Positions 18,913 to 27,862 of a stretch of 32,000 nt of DNA are shown here, piece by piece. Numbering within the stretch: position 1 is the stretch's first letter; each line of letters starts with the position of its first letter. The position numbers were made by a program, and so were the translations under genes. Where the stretch lies: assembly GCF_000195955.2 (NCBI RefSeq), contig NC_000962.3, positions 240,001 through 272,000 of the forward strand, given 5' to 3'. This DNA is from Mycobacterium tuberculosis H37Rv (GTDB lineage Bacteria > Actinomycetota > Actinomycetes > Mycobacteriales > Mycobacteriaceae). Below the pieces are notes generated by a model that saw nothing but the letters and a program-made list of their open reading frames with translations, ran no database searches and was not told the DNA's origin.

Positions 18913-19926
18913 GTGGCTAGCGGGTATGGGGGCATCCGCGTCGGCGGGCCCTATTTCGATGACCTGTCAAAAGGTCAGGTGTTCGACTGGGCGCCGGGGG
19001 TCACACTGTCGCTGGGGCTGGCGGCCGCCCATCAGTCGATCGTGGGTAACCGGCTACGCCTGGCTCTGGACTCCGACCTGTGTGCGGCGGTGACGGGTAT
19101 GCCGGGGCCGCTGGCGCATCCGGGCCTGGTTTGCGATGTGGCGATCGGCCAGTCAACTTTGGCGACTCAGCGGGTCAAAGCCAACCTGTTCTACCGCGGG
19201 CTCAGGTTTCACCGATTTCCGGCAGTGGGCGACACCCTCTACACCCGTACCGAGGTGGTGGGGCTGCGAGCCAACTCGCCCAAACCGGGCCGTGCGCCAA
19301 CCGGATTGGCGGGGCTGCGGATGACCACGATCGACCGGACCGATCGGTTGGTGCTCGATTTCTACCGGTGCGCCATGCTGCCCGCCAGCCCCGATTGGAA
19401 ACCCGGCGCTGTGCCAGGTGACGACTTGTCCAGGATCGGTGCCGACGCGCCGGCGCCGGCCGCCGATCCAACCGCACACTGGGACGGTGCGGTTTTCCGA
19501 AAGCGGGTTCCCGGGCCGCACTTCGATGCCGGTATTGCCGGTGCGGTGTTGCATAGCACCGCAGACCTGGTCAGTGGAGCGCCGGAGCTGGCTCGGCTCA
19601 CCCTCAATATCGCTGCTACGCACCATGATTGGCGGGTCAGCGGACGACGGCTGGTCTACGGCGGGCATACCATCGGACTGGCACTCGCGCAGGCAACCCG
19701 GCTATTGCCTAACCTGGCGACCGTCCTGGACTGGGAATCCTGCGACCACACCGCTCCGGTACACGAGGGCGACACCCTCTACAGCGAGCTGCATATCGAG
19801 TCTGCGCAGGCCCACGCAGACGGGGGTGTGCTGGGACTGCGGTCACTGGTCTACGCGGTCAGCGATTCGGCGAGTGAGCCCGATCGGCAGGTGCTCGACT
19901 GGCGTTTTAGCGCCTTGCAATTCTAG
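18913..19926 (+). CDS. Double-hotdog-fold (MaoC/R-hydratase-like) protein, Rv0216-like
   Basis: 337 aa from GTG 18913; repeated hotdog hydratase-like halves (YFDDLSKGQVFDWAPGVTLS... and GPHFDAGIAGAVLHSTADLV...). Confidence 0.88.
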   Translation: MASGYGGIRVGGPYFDDLSKGQVFDWAPGVTLSLGLAAAHQSIVGNRLRLALDSDLCAAVTGMPGPLAHPGLVCDVAIGQSTLATQRVKANLFYRGLRFHRFPAVGDTLYTRTEVVGLRANSPKPGRAPTGLAGLRMTTIDRTDRLVLDFYRCAMLPASPDWKPGAVPGDDLSRIGADAPAPAADPTAHWDGAVFRKRVPGPHFDAGIAGAVLHSTADLVSGAPELARLTLNIAATHHDWRVSGRRLVYGGHTIGLALAQATRLLPNLATVLDWESCDHTAPVHEGDTLYSELHIESAQAHADGGVLGLRSLVYAVSDSASEPDRQVLDWRFSALQF

Positions 19927-20831
19927 GTTCGGTTACTAAGGGCCAGCGCGGCACGCAAACTGTTGCACTGACTAGTGAAGAACCTTTGTGAGACCCCAAC
20001 ATTCGGGGCCACACGATCGAAACCGTGGAAGGCGCCTTCGACTACTTCTACCTGGCATGGCACCCCGGCTGCTGTCAGACGTTCGGCATAGGCCAGATCC
20101 TCGTCGTGGAGCAGGTCGTGGGTGCCGACGCCGATCCATGCCGGCGCCAGCCCTCCTAGGTCGTCACGCCGTCCCGGGACCGCGACCCGTGCGTCCGCAT
20201 CGCCAAGATATGCCCGCCAGCCGAACCGGTTGGCGCGCCCGTTCCATAGCCGGTAGTGCGGGTTGGCGGGGGCGATCGACGGCCGGTCGTCGAGCATGGG
20301 GTACACCAGCAACTGAAATGCCGGTGTGATGCCGCCACGGTCGCGGGCAAGCAGAGCCAGCGCCGCCGCGAGGCCGCCGCCGGCACTAGCGCCGCCGATT
20401 GCCACCCGCGCGGGGTCCACCGCCGGCAGGCTGGCCAGCCAGGTCAACGCCGAGTAGCAGTCGCCCAGGGCGGCAGGATACGGATTTTCCGGCGCCAGGC
20501 GGTAGTCCACCGATGCGACAGTGATGCCCAGTCTGCTGCTGAACCGGAGGCAGAGCCGATCGTCCTGTTGCGCGGTGCCCATTACGTATCCGCCGGCGTG
20601 GATCCACAGCAGCGCGGGCGCTGGTTCGTTGCTGCCGGCGGGTCGGTATAGCCGGACACCGACCCCGGATTCCAGGGTGAGCACCTCGATATCGGGGGGT
20701 GTACGGGACATTCGAAGCCCCGCGACGACGATCAATGCCCGCATGACTGGCAGGGTGCGAGGACCGACCAGCTGTCGTGGGGTGACGACGGCGATGCGAC
20801 GCAGGTCGGGGTGGACTTCGTTGCCGGACAC
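19923..20831 (-). CDS. lipW: Alpha/beta-hydrolase esterase of the HSL family, LipW
   Basis: Nucleophile elbow IGGASAGGGLA, LLWIHAGGYVMG, GTHDLLHDEDLAYAERL, FHGFD; GTG (VSGNEVHPDL) at 20831 gives 302 aa, ORF open to 21008. Confidence 0.9.
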   Translation of the reverse strand: MSGNEVHPDLRRIAVVTPRQLVGPRTLPVMRALIVVAGLRMSRTPPDIEVLTLESGVGVRLYRPAGSNEPAPALLWIHAGGYVMGTAQQDDRLCLRFSSRLGITVASVDYRLAPENPYPAALGDCYSALTWLASLPAVDPARVAIGGASAGGGLAAALALLARDRGGITPAFQLLVYPMLDDRPSIAPANPHYRLWNGRANRFGWRAYLGDADARVAVPGRRDDLGGLAPAWIGVGTHDLLHDEDLAYAERLTAAGVPCQVEVVEGAFHGFDRVAPNVGVSQRFFTSQCNSLRAALALSNRT

Positions 20832-20923
20832 CGGTCCAGTATGCGTCGGCGCAATTTCGCCTCGGTACAGCGATGGCTTTGGCAGGCTGCGGTTAGTCGA
20901 ACGAGGATCGGGATGGTGGCCTG

Positions 20924-22252
20924 ATGAGTGATCCAGCAAGAGGGGCGGAAGCCGAGGATGCCTACGGTTTTCCCGCCGGGCTGTGGCGCTGGCTGCAGCG
21001 GCATCCACCGCCGGCGTTGCACCGGCTCACCCGGTTTCGCAGCCCGTTGCGTGGTCCGTGGTTGACGTCGGTGTTCGGCCTGGTGCTATTGGTGGCGTTG
21101 CCTTTCGTCATCATCACCGGGCTACTTTCTTATATCGCCTATGCGCCGCAGCTGGGCCAGGCCATCCCCGGTGACGTCGGCTGGCTGCGACTCCCCGCTT
21201 TCACCTGGCCCACCCGTCCGTCCTGGCTGTACCGGTTGACCCAGGGGCTGCATGTGGGGCTGGGGCTGGTGATCATTCCCGTGGTGCTGGCCAAGTTGTG
21301 GTCGGTGATACCGCGGCTGTTTGTGTGGCCGCCGGCGCGCTCGATTGCCCAGGTGCTCGAACGGTTGTCGGTGCTGATGCTGGTCGGTGGGATCCTGTTC
21401 CAGATCGTCACCGGCGTGCTCAACATTCAGTATGACTACATCTTCGGGTTCAGCTTCTACACCGGCCACTATTTTGGGGCTTGGGTCTTCATTGCGGGTT
21501 TCCTGTTGCATATCGTGGTCAAGATCCCCCACATGGTCACCGGGTTGCGATCGATACCGATGCGAGAAGTGTTGGGTACCAACGTGGCTGACACCCGGGC
21601 GCAGCCGTGCGATCCGGACGGGCTGGTGTCGGTCAATCCGGGCGAGGCCACGCTAAGCAGACGCGGTGCCCTGGGATTGGTCGGTGCCGGGGTGCTGCTG
21701 ATCGGGGTGCTGACGGTTGGGCAAACCCTGGGCGGGTTCACCCGCAAGGCCGCCCTGCTGCTGCCCCGGGGCCGTGTCGTGAGCCCGGGCGACTTCCCGG
21801 TCAACAAGACCGCCGCCGCCGCCGGGATCACCGCGGAGGCCATTGGCCCCGACTGGCGGCTGGTGCTGTGTGGCGGGCCTGCGGAAGTAGTGCTGGATCG
21901 CGCCACGCTGGCCGGCCTGCCGCAACGCACCGCCCGGCTGCCGCTGGCCTGCGTCGAAGGGTGGTCGGCCGTGCGCACCTGGAGCGGCGTGCCGCTGGCC
22001 GAGCTGGCGCTGCTGGCGGGCGTGCCGGCGGCGCGCTCGGCACGGGTTACATCGCTGCAGCGCGGCGGGGCGTTCGGCGAGGCGAAGCTGGCGGCAAACC
22101 AGATCGCCGACCCCGATGCGCTGCTGGCGTTGCGGGTCGACGGGGCGGATCTGTCGCTGGATCATGGCTACCCGGCCCGCATCATCGTTCCCGCACTGCC
22201 CGGTGTGCACAACACGAAATGGGTCGCTGGCATCGAATTCCACAAGAGGTGA
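20924..22252 (+). CDS. Fused membrane cytochrome b-like / molybdopterin-binding oxidoreductase domain protein (Rv0218-like)
   Basis: 442 aa; N-terminal multi-TM with spaced His, internal SRRGALGLVGAGVLLIGVLTVG, then sulfite-oxidase/MsrP-like domain with LACVEGWSAVRTWSGVPLAEL and DHGYPARIIVPALPGVHNTKWV. Confidence 0.88.
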   Translation: MSDPARGAEAEDAYGFPAGLWRWLQRHPPPALHRLTRFRSPLRGPWLTSVFGLVLLVALPFVIITGLLSYIAYAPQLGQAIPGDVGWLRLPAFTWPTRPSWLYRLTQGLHVGLGLVIIPVVLAKLWSVIPRLFVWPPARSIAQVLERLSVLMLVGGILFQIVTGVLNIQYDYIFGFSFYTGHYFGAWVFIAGFLLHIVVKIPHMVTGLRSIPMREVLGTNVADTRAQPCDPDGLVSVNPGEATLSRRGALGLVGAGVLLIGVLTVGQTLGGFTRKAALLLPRGRVVSPGDFPVNKTAAAAGITAEAIGPDWRLVLCGGPAEVVLDRATLAGLPQRTARLPLACVEGWSAVRTWSGVPLAELALLAGVPAARSARVTSLQRGGAFGEAKLAANQIADPDALLALRVDGADLSLDHGYPARIIVPALPGVHNTKWVAGIEFHKR

Positions 22253-22253
22253 A

Positions 22254-22802
22254 ATGTTCGACATTGCAACGCGTTTCAAAAACTCCTACGGGTCAGGTCC
22301 ATTGCACCTGCTGGCGATGGTGTCTGGCTTCGCCCTGCTGGGCTACATCGTGGCCACCGCCAGGCCCTCGGCGCTGTGGAACCAGGCCACCTGGTGGCAG
22401 TCGATCGCGGTCTGGTTTGTCGCCGCCGTCGTAGCCCACGACCTGCTGTTGTACCCGCTCTACGCGCTGGCCGACCGGATCCTGGCCAGGCTAGTCGGCA
22501 GGCGCGACGTCTCGGCGCCCCGCCGCCGCCCGGAACTACCGGTACGCAACTACATTCGGATCCCGGCGCTGGCAGCCGGCTTGACGCTGCTGGTTTTCCT
22601 GCCCGGCATCATCAGACAGGGTGCGCCGACATACCTGGATGCGACCGGACAGACGCAGGAACCATTTCTGGGCAGGTGGTTGCTGCTCACCGCGGTCGCG
22701 TTCGGGATCAGCGCGGCCGCTTACGCCATTCGGCTGGTGGTGGCGCACGTGAGGCGGCGCCGAGCGGGGTGTTCGCGGGTCGACGCGATCGACGAGGAGT
22801 AG
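22254..22802 (+). CDS. Small polytopic membrane protein (Rv0219-like)
   Basis: 182 aa from ATG 22254, 1 nt after the upstream stop; about four hydrophobic segments. Confidence 0.88.
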   Translation: MFDIATRFKNSYGSGPLHLLAMVSGFALLGYIVATARPSALWNQATWWQSIAVWFVAAVVAHDLLLYPLYALADRILARLVGRRDVSAPRRRPELPVRNYIRIPALAAGLTLLVFLPGIIRQGAPTYLDATGQTQEPFLGRWLLLTAVAFGISAAAYAIRLVVAHVRRRRAGCSRVDAIDEE

Positions 22803-22811
22803 GCTCCCACC

Positions 22812-24023
22812 ATGAACCAGCGACGCGCCGCCGGGTCAACCGGTGTGGCCTACATCAGATGGTTGCTACGTGCCCGTCCCGCTGACTATATGCTGGCCTT
22901 GAGTGTCGCCGGGGGTTCGCTACCGGTGGTGGGTAAGCACCTCAAGCCGCTCGGCGGCGTTACTGCCATCGGCGTCTGGGGCGCCCGGCACGCATCCGAT
23001 TTCTTGTCCGCGACGGCGAAGGATTTACTGACCCCCGGTATCAACGAGGTTCGCCGTCGAGATCGTGCCAGCACGCAGGAGGTTTCCGTCGCGGCCTTAC
23101 GCGGCATCGTTTCGCCCGACGACCTTGCCGTCGAATGGCCGGCGCCGGAGCGCACGCCGCCGGTCTGCGGGGCGCTGCGCCACCGCCGTTACGTCCACCG
23201 CCGTCGCGTCCTCTACGGCGACGACCCGGCCCAGTTGCTCGACGTATGGCGCCGCAAAGATATGCCCACCAAACCCGCGCCGGTGTTGATCTTCGTCCCA
23301 GGCGGTGCCTGGGTGCACGGCAGTCGCGCCATCCAGGGGTATGCGGTGCTGTCTCGGCTGGCCGCACAGGGGTGGGTGTGCCTATCGATCGACTACCGGG
23401 TCGCACCGCATCACCGCTGGCCACGACACATCCTGGATGTCAAGACCGCCATCGCGTGGGCACGGGCCAATGTCGACAAATTCGGCGGTGACCGCAATTT
23501 CATTGCGGTGGCTGGTTGTTCGGCCGGCGGCCACTTGTCCGCGCTGGCCGGGCTCACCGCCAACGACCCGCAATATCAGGCCGAGCTGCCAGAGGGCTCC
23601 GACACGTCGGTCGACGCGGTGGTGGGGATTTACGGCCGCTACGACTGGGAGGACCGCTCCACCCCGGAACGTGCCCGGTTCGTCGATTTTCTGGAGCGGG
23701 TAGTGGTTCAGCGCACGATTGATCGTCACCCCGAAGTGTTCCGTGACGCGTCGCCGATCCAACGAGTCACCAGAAATGCACCGCCATTCCTGGTGATTCA
23801 TGGCAGCCGTGACTGTGTCATCCCGGTTGAGCAGGCGCGGAGCTTTGTCGAGCGGTTACGAGCGGTCTCCCGCTCACAGGTTGGCTACCTGGAGCTGCCC
23901 GGTGCGGGCCACGGCTTCGACCTGCTAGACGGCGCTCGCACCGGCCCGACGGCACACGCGATCGCGCTGTTTCTCAACCAGGTTCATCGCAGCCGGGCAC
24001 AGTTCGCGAAAGAGGTCATCTAA
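22812..24023 (+). CDS. lipC: Alpha/beta-hydrolase esterase LipC
   Basis: 403 aa; LIFVPGGAWVHG, nucleophile elbow AVAGCSAGGHLSALAG, SRDCVIPVEQA, GAGHGFD. Confidence 0.93.
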   Translation: MNQRRAAGSTGVAYIRWLLRARPADYMLALSVAGGSLPVVGKHLKPLGGVTAIGVWGARHASDFLSATAKDLLTPGINEVRRRDRASTQEVSVAALRGIVSPDDLAVEWPAPERTPPVCGALRHRRYVHRRRVLYGDDPAQLLDVWRRKDMPTKPAPVLIFVPGGAWVHGSRAIQGYAVLSRLAAQGWVCLSIDYRVAPHHRWPRHILDVKTAIAWARANVDKFGGDRNFIAVAGCSAGGHLSALAGLTANDPQYQAELPEGSDTSVDAVVGIYGRYDWEDRSTPERARFVDFLERVVVQRTIDRHPEVFRDASPIQRVTRNAPPFLVIHGSRDCVIPVEQARSFVERLRAVSRSQVGYLELPGAGHGFDLLDGARTGPTAHAIALFLNQVHRSRAQFAKEVI

Positions 24024-24066
24024 ACGCCGGCCAATTGTATGGTCGCCCTATGAGTAGGGGGCTGCG

Positions 24067-25476
24067 GTGAAACGGCTCAGCGGCTGGGACGCGGTACTGC
24101 TTTACAGCGAGACCCCGAATGTGCACATGCACACACTCAAGGTCGCCGTGATCGAATTGGATTCGGACAGACAGGAATTCGGTGTCGACGCGTTTCGCGA
24201 GGTGATCGCTGGCCGGCTGCATAAGCTTGAGCCATTGGGCTATCAGCTGGTTGATGTCCCGTTGAAGTTCCATCACCCGATGTGGCGGGAGCACTGCCAG
24301 GTCGATCTCAACTACCACATCCGGCCGTGGCGGTTGCGCGCCCCGGGGGGTCGGCGCGAACTCGACGAGGCGGTCGGAGAAATCGCCAGCACCCCGCTGA
24401 ACCGCGACCACCCGCTGTGGGAGATGTACTTCGTTGAGGGGCTTGCCAACCACCGGATCGCGGTGGTTGCCAAAATTCACCATGCGTTGGCTGACGGTGT
24501 TGCCTCGGCAAACATGATGGCACGGGGGATGGATCTGCTGCCGGGACCGGAGGTCGGCCGCTATGTGCCTGACCCCGCTCCTACCAAGCGGCAGTTGCTG
24601 TCCGCGGCGTTCATCGACCACTTGCGCCACCTCGGCCGGATTCCTGCAACCATCCGGTACACCACGCAGGGTCTAGGCCGGGTGCGACGTAGCTCGCGCA
24701 AGCTCTCACCCGCACTGACCATGCCATTTACCCCGCCACCGACGTTCATGAATCACCGGCTCACCCCGGAGCGCAGGTTCGCCACCGCCACCCTGGCGCT
24801 GATTGACGTGAAGGCGACGGCCAAGTTGCTGGGGGCGACGATCAACGACATGGTGCTGGCCATGTCGACCGGCGCTCTGCGTACCCTGCTATTGCGCTAT
24901 GACGGCAAGGCCGAACCGCTGCTGGCGTCGGTCCCGGTGAGTTACGACTTCTCACCGGAGCGGATCTCCGGTAACCGCTTCACCGGAATGCTGGTGGCGC
25001 TGCCTGCCGACTCCGACGACCCGTTGCAGCGGGTGCGCGTCTGTCACGAAAACGCGGTCTCCGCCAAGGAGAGCCACCAGCTTTTGGGACCGGAGTTGAT
25101 CAGCCGCTGGGCGGCTTACTGGCCACCTGCCGGTGCGGAAGCCTTGTTCCGGTGGTTGTCTGAGCGCGACGGGCAGAACAAGGTACTCAACTTGAATATC
25201 TCGAATGTTCCCGGTCCGCGCGAACGCGGCCGCGTGGGGGCCGCGCTGGTCACCGAGATCTATTCGGTGGGCCCGTTGACCGCCGGTAGCGGATTGAATA
25301 TCACGGTGTGGAGTTATGTCGATCAGCTCAATATCTCGGTGTTAACCGATGGTTCCACCGTGCAGGACCCGCATGAAGTAACCGCGGGAATGATCGCGGA
25401 CTTCATCGAAATACGCCGCGCCGCTGGTCTTTCCGTGGAGTTGACAGTCGTCGAGTCCGCGATGGCGCAGGCATGA
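24067..25476 (+). CDS. Wax ester synthase/diacylglycerol acyltransferase (WS/DGAT), Rv0221-like
   Basis: 469 aa from GTG 24067; catalytic motif AKIHHALADGVASANMM, PRGRR-type C-terminal NISNVPGPRERGRVGAALV. Confidence 0.93.
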   Translation: MKRLSGWDAVLLYSETPNVHMHTLKVAVIELDSDRQEFGVDAFREVIAGRLHKLEPLGYQLVDVPLKFHHPMWREHCQVDLNYHIRPWRLRAPGGRRELDEAVGEIASTPLNRDHPLWEMYFVEGLANHRIAVVAKIHHALADGVASANMMARGMDLLPGPEVGRYVPDPAPTKRQLLSAAFIDHLRHLGRIPATIRYTTQGLGRVRRSSRKLSPALTMPFTPPPTFMNHRLTPERRFATATLALIDVKATAKLLGATINDMVLAMSTGALRTLLLRYDGKAEPLLASVPVSYDFSPERISGNRFTGMLVALPADSDDPLQRVRVCHENAVSAKESHQLLGPELISRWAAYWPPAGAEALFRWLSERDGQNKVLNLNISNVPGPRERGRVGAALVTEIYSVGPLTAGSGLNITVWSYVDQLNISVLTDGSTVQDPHEVTAGMIADFIEIRRAAGLSVELTVVESAMAQA

Positions 25477-25506
25477 CACGAAACACCGGACGAGTATGAG
25501 GCCAGT

Positions 25507-26295
25507 ATGAGCAGCGAAAGCGACGCAGCCAACACCGAACCTGAGGTTCTGGTAGAACAGCGGGATCGGATTTTGATCATCACGATCAACCGCCCGAAAG
25601 CCAAGAACGCGGTCAACGCCGCAGTCAGCCGGGGCTTGGCCGATGCGATGGATCAGCTTGACGGCGATGCCGGCCTGTCGGTGGCAATCCTGACCGGTGG
25701 GGGCGGTTCGTTCTGCGCGGGCATGGACCTCAAGGCGTTCGCCCGGGGCGAGAATGTCGTCGTCGAAGGTCGCGGCCTTGGCTTTACCGAACGTCCGCCG
25801 ACCAAGCCGCTCATTGCTGCGGTGGAAGGCTACGCGTTGGCGGGTGGCACCGAGCTGGCGCTTGCTGCCGACCTGATCGTGGCGGCCAGGGATTCGGCGT
25901 TCGGGATTCCTGAAGTCAAGCGGGGTCTGGTTGCCGGCGGCGGGGGATTGCTGCGGTTGCCGGAGCGCATCCCGTATGCGATAGCCATGGAGTTGGCGCT
26001 GACCGGTGACAACCTACCGGCCGAACGCGCGCACGAGCTGGGGCTCGTCAACGTTTTGGCCGAGCCGGGGACCGCCCTCGATGCTGCGATCGCGTTGGCG
26101 GAGAAGATCACCGCCAATGGGCCGCTGGCGGTGGTGGCCACCAAGCGGATTATCACCGAGTCGCGTGGGTGGAGTCCCGACACTATGTTCGCTGAGCAGA
26201 TGAAGATCCTGGTGCCGGTGTTCACCTCCAACGACGCGAAGGAAGGTGCGATCGCGTTCGCCGAGAGGCGCCGGCCCCGTTGGACGGGCACCTAG
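25507..26295 (+). CDS. echA1: Enoyl-CoA hydratase/isomerase family protein EchA1
   Basis: 262 aa; GGGGSFCAGMDLKAF, GYALAGGTELALAADLIVAARDSAFGIPEVKRGL. Confidence 0.93.
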   Translation: MSSESDAANTEPEVLVEQRDRILIITINRPKAKNAVNAAVSRGLADAMDQLDGDAGLSVAILTGGGGSFCAGMDLKAFARGENVVVEGRGLGFTERPPTKPLIAAVEGYALAGGTELALAADLIVAARDSAFGIPEVKRGLVAGGGGLLRLPERIPYAIAMELALTGDNLPAERAHELGLVNVLAEPGTALDAAIALAEKITANGPLAVVATKRIITESRGWSPDTMFAEQMKILVPVFTSNDAKEGAIAFAERRRPRWTGT

Positions 26296-26300
26296 CCCAG

Positions 26301-27764
26301 CTACGCGACGGTGTAGCCCATCGGCAGCAGGACACTCTTTTGCTGGGTGAAGTGTTCGACACCCTCGGGCCCGTTCTCGCGGCCGATTCCGGAGTTCTTG
26401 TAGCCGCCGAAGGGTGAGCCGGGATCGAAGGCGTACCAGTTGATTCCGTATGTCCCGGTGCGGATCTGCTGCGAGATCTTGATGCCTTTGGGCACGTCGG
26501 TGGTCCACACGCTGCCCGCCAGCCCATACACTGAATCGTTGGCGATCGCGATCGCGTCCTCCTCGGTGTCATAAGGAATGATGGCCAGCACCGGCCCGAA
26601 GATCTCCTCCTGTGCGATGGTCATCTTGTTGTCGACATCGGCGAATACGGTGGGTTGGATAAAGAAGCCGTTGTCCAAGCCCTCGGGACGGCCGCCGCCG
26701 CACACCAACCGAGCGCCCTCCTCGATGCCCTTGGCGATGTAGCCTTCAACGCGAGTCCGCTGCTTCTCCGAGATCAGCGGCCCGATCTGAGCTGCCGGGT
26801 CCGACGGCGGGCCCACCGGGAGAGCCGTTACGAAATTAGTTACCGCAGCCACGATTTCGTCGTACCGGGAGCGCGGAGCCAGAATGCGGGTCTGGTTGAC
26901 GCAGCCCTGTCCGGCGTTCATGACGCCGGAGAACACCATCATCGGAATAGCTGCGGCCAGGTCGACGTCCTCGAGAATGATGGCCGCCGACTTGCCGCCG
27001 AGTTCTAAGGTGCACGGCTTGAGCATCTCAGCGGCACGCCTGCCGACCTCTCGGCCGACGGCCGAGCTGCCGGTGAAGGTAAACATGTCGATGTCCGGGT
27101 TAGACGTCAGCGCCTGACCGGTCTCAATCCCTCCCGGCACTACCGACAACACCCCCTCGGGCAGGCCCACCTCGGCGAACACCTCCGCCAAAGCGTTTGC
27201 GGTCAGCGGTGTTTCGGCGGCGGGCTTGAGCACGATGGTGCAGCCGGCCAGCAGCGCCGGCGCAATCTTGTTGACGGCCAGAAACAGCGGGACGTTCCAG
27301 GCCACGATCGCGCCCACCACACCGACCGGCTCACGGCTGACAATGCTCTGTCCATAGGAGCCGGTGCGGGTTTCGGTCCAGGTGACCTTGTCCGCTGCAC
27401 CGGCAAAGTAGTTCATCGCCCCCATCGAACCCATCCAGTGCATCGTCTCGATGATGGTCGGCGGCTGGCCGGTTTCGGCTGCGAGCAGCTTGGTGAACAG
27501 GTCCTTGCGCTCAGCCAGCATCTTGACCGCCGCAGCGATCACCGCCGCACGCTCGTGCGGCGGGGTCGAGGGCCAGGGGCCGTTGTCGAACGCCGCACGT
27601 GCTGCGGCGACCGCGGCGTCGACGTCGGCGGCGGCCGCCATCGGCACCTTGCCGACATATTCCCCAGTGGCTGGGCAGCGTACCTCGATAACATCGGAGG
27701 TCGACGGTTTGGTCCACTTGCCGCCGATGAAAAGCTTGTCGTATTCCGTGGCACTGTCAGACAT
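26301..27764 (-). CDS. Aldehyde dehydrogenase (NAD+), Rv0223c-like
   Basis: 487 aa; VTLELGGKSAAIILEDVDL, catalytic Cys FSGVMNAGQGCVNQTRI, EEIFGPVLAIIPYD, PFGGYKNSGIGRENG. Confidence 0.96.
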   Translation of the reverse strand: MSDSATEYDKLFIGGKWTKPSTSDVIEVRCPATGEYVGKVPMAAAADVDAAVAAARAAFDNGPWPSTPPHERAAVIAAAVKMLAERKDLFTKLLAAETGQPPTIIETMHWMGSMGAMNYFAGAADKVTWTETRTGSYGQSIVSREPVGVVGAIVAWNVPLFLAVNKIAPALLAGCTIVLKPAAETPLTANALAEVFAEVGLPEGVLSVVPGGIETGQALTSNPDIDMFTFTGSSAVGREVGRRAAEMLKPCTLELGGKSAAIILEDVDLAAAIPMMVFSGVMNAGQGCVNQTRILAPRSRYDEIVAAVTNFVTALPVGPPSDPAAQIGPLISEKQRTRVEGYIAKGIEEGARLVCGGGRPEGLDNGFFIQPTVFADVDNKMTIAQEEIFGPVLAIIPYDTEEDAIAIANDSVYGLAGSVWTTDVPKGIKISQQIRTGTYGINWYAFDPGSPFGGYKNSGIGRENGPEGVEHFTQQKSVLLPMGYTVA

Positions 27765-27847
27765 ATGCGCCGCTCCTCCTCATCGCTGCGCTCGGCATCG
27801 TCGCCGGCGGTCATGGCGTCACCCTACCCAAGCCGAACGCGAAACGA

Positions 27848-27861
27848 GAACGTGTTCCATT
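27848..27861. promoter_or_regulatory. KstR-like operator candidate GAGAACGTGTTCCA
   Basis: Matches TNNAACNNGTTNNA at all fixed positions except the first; about 84 bp upstream of the aldehyde dehydrogenase start. Confidence 0.5.
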
Positions 27862-27862
27862 A

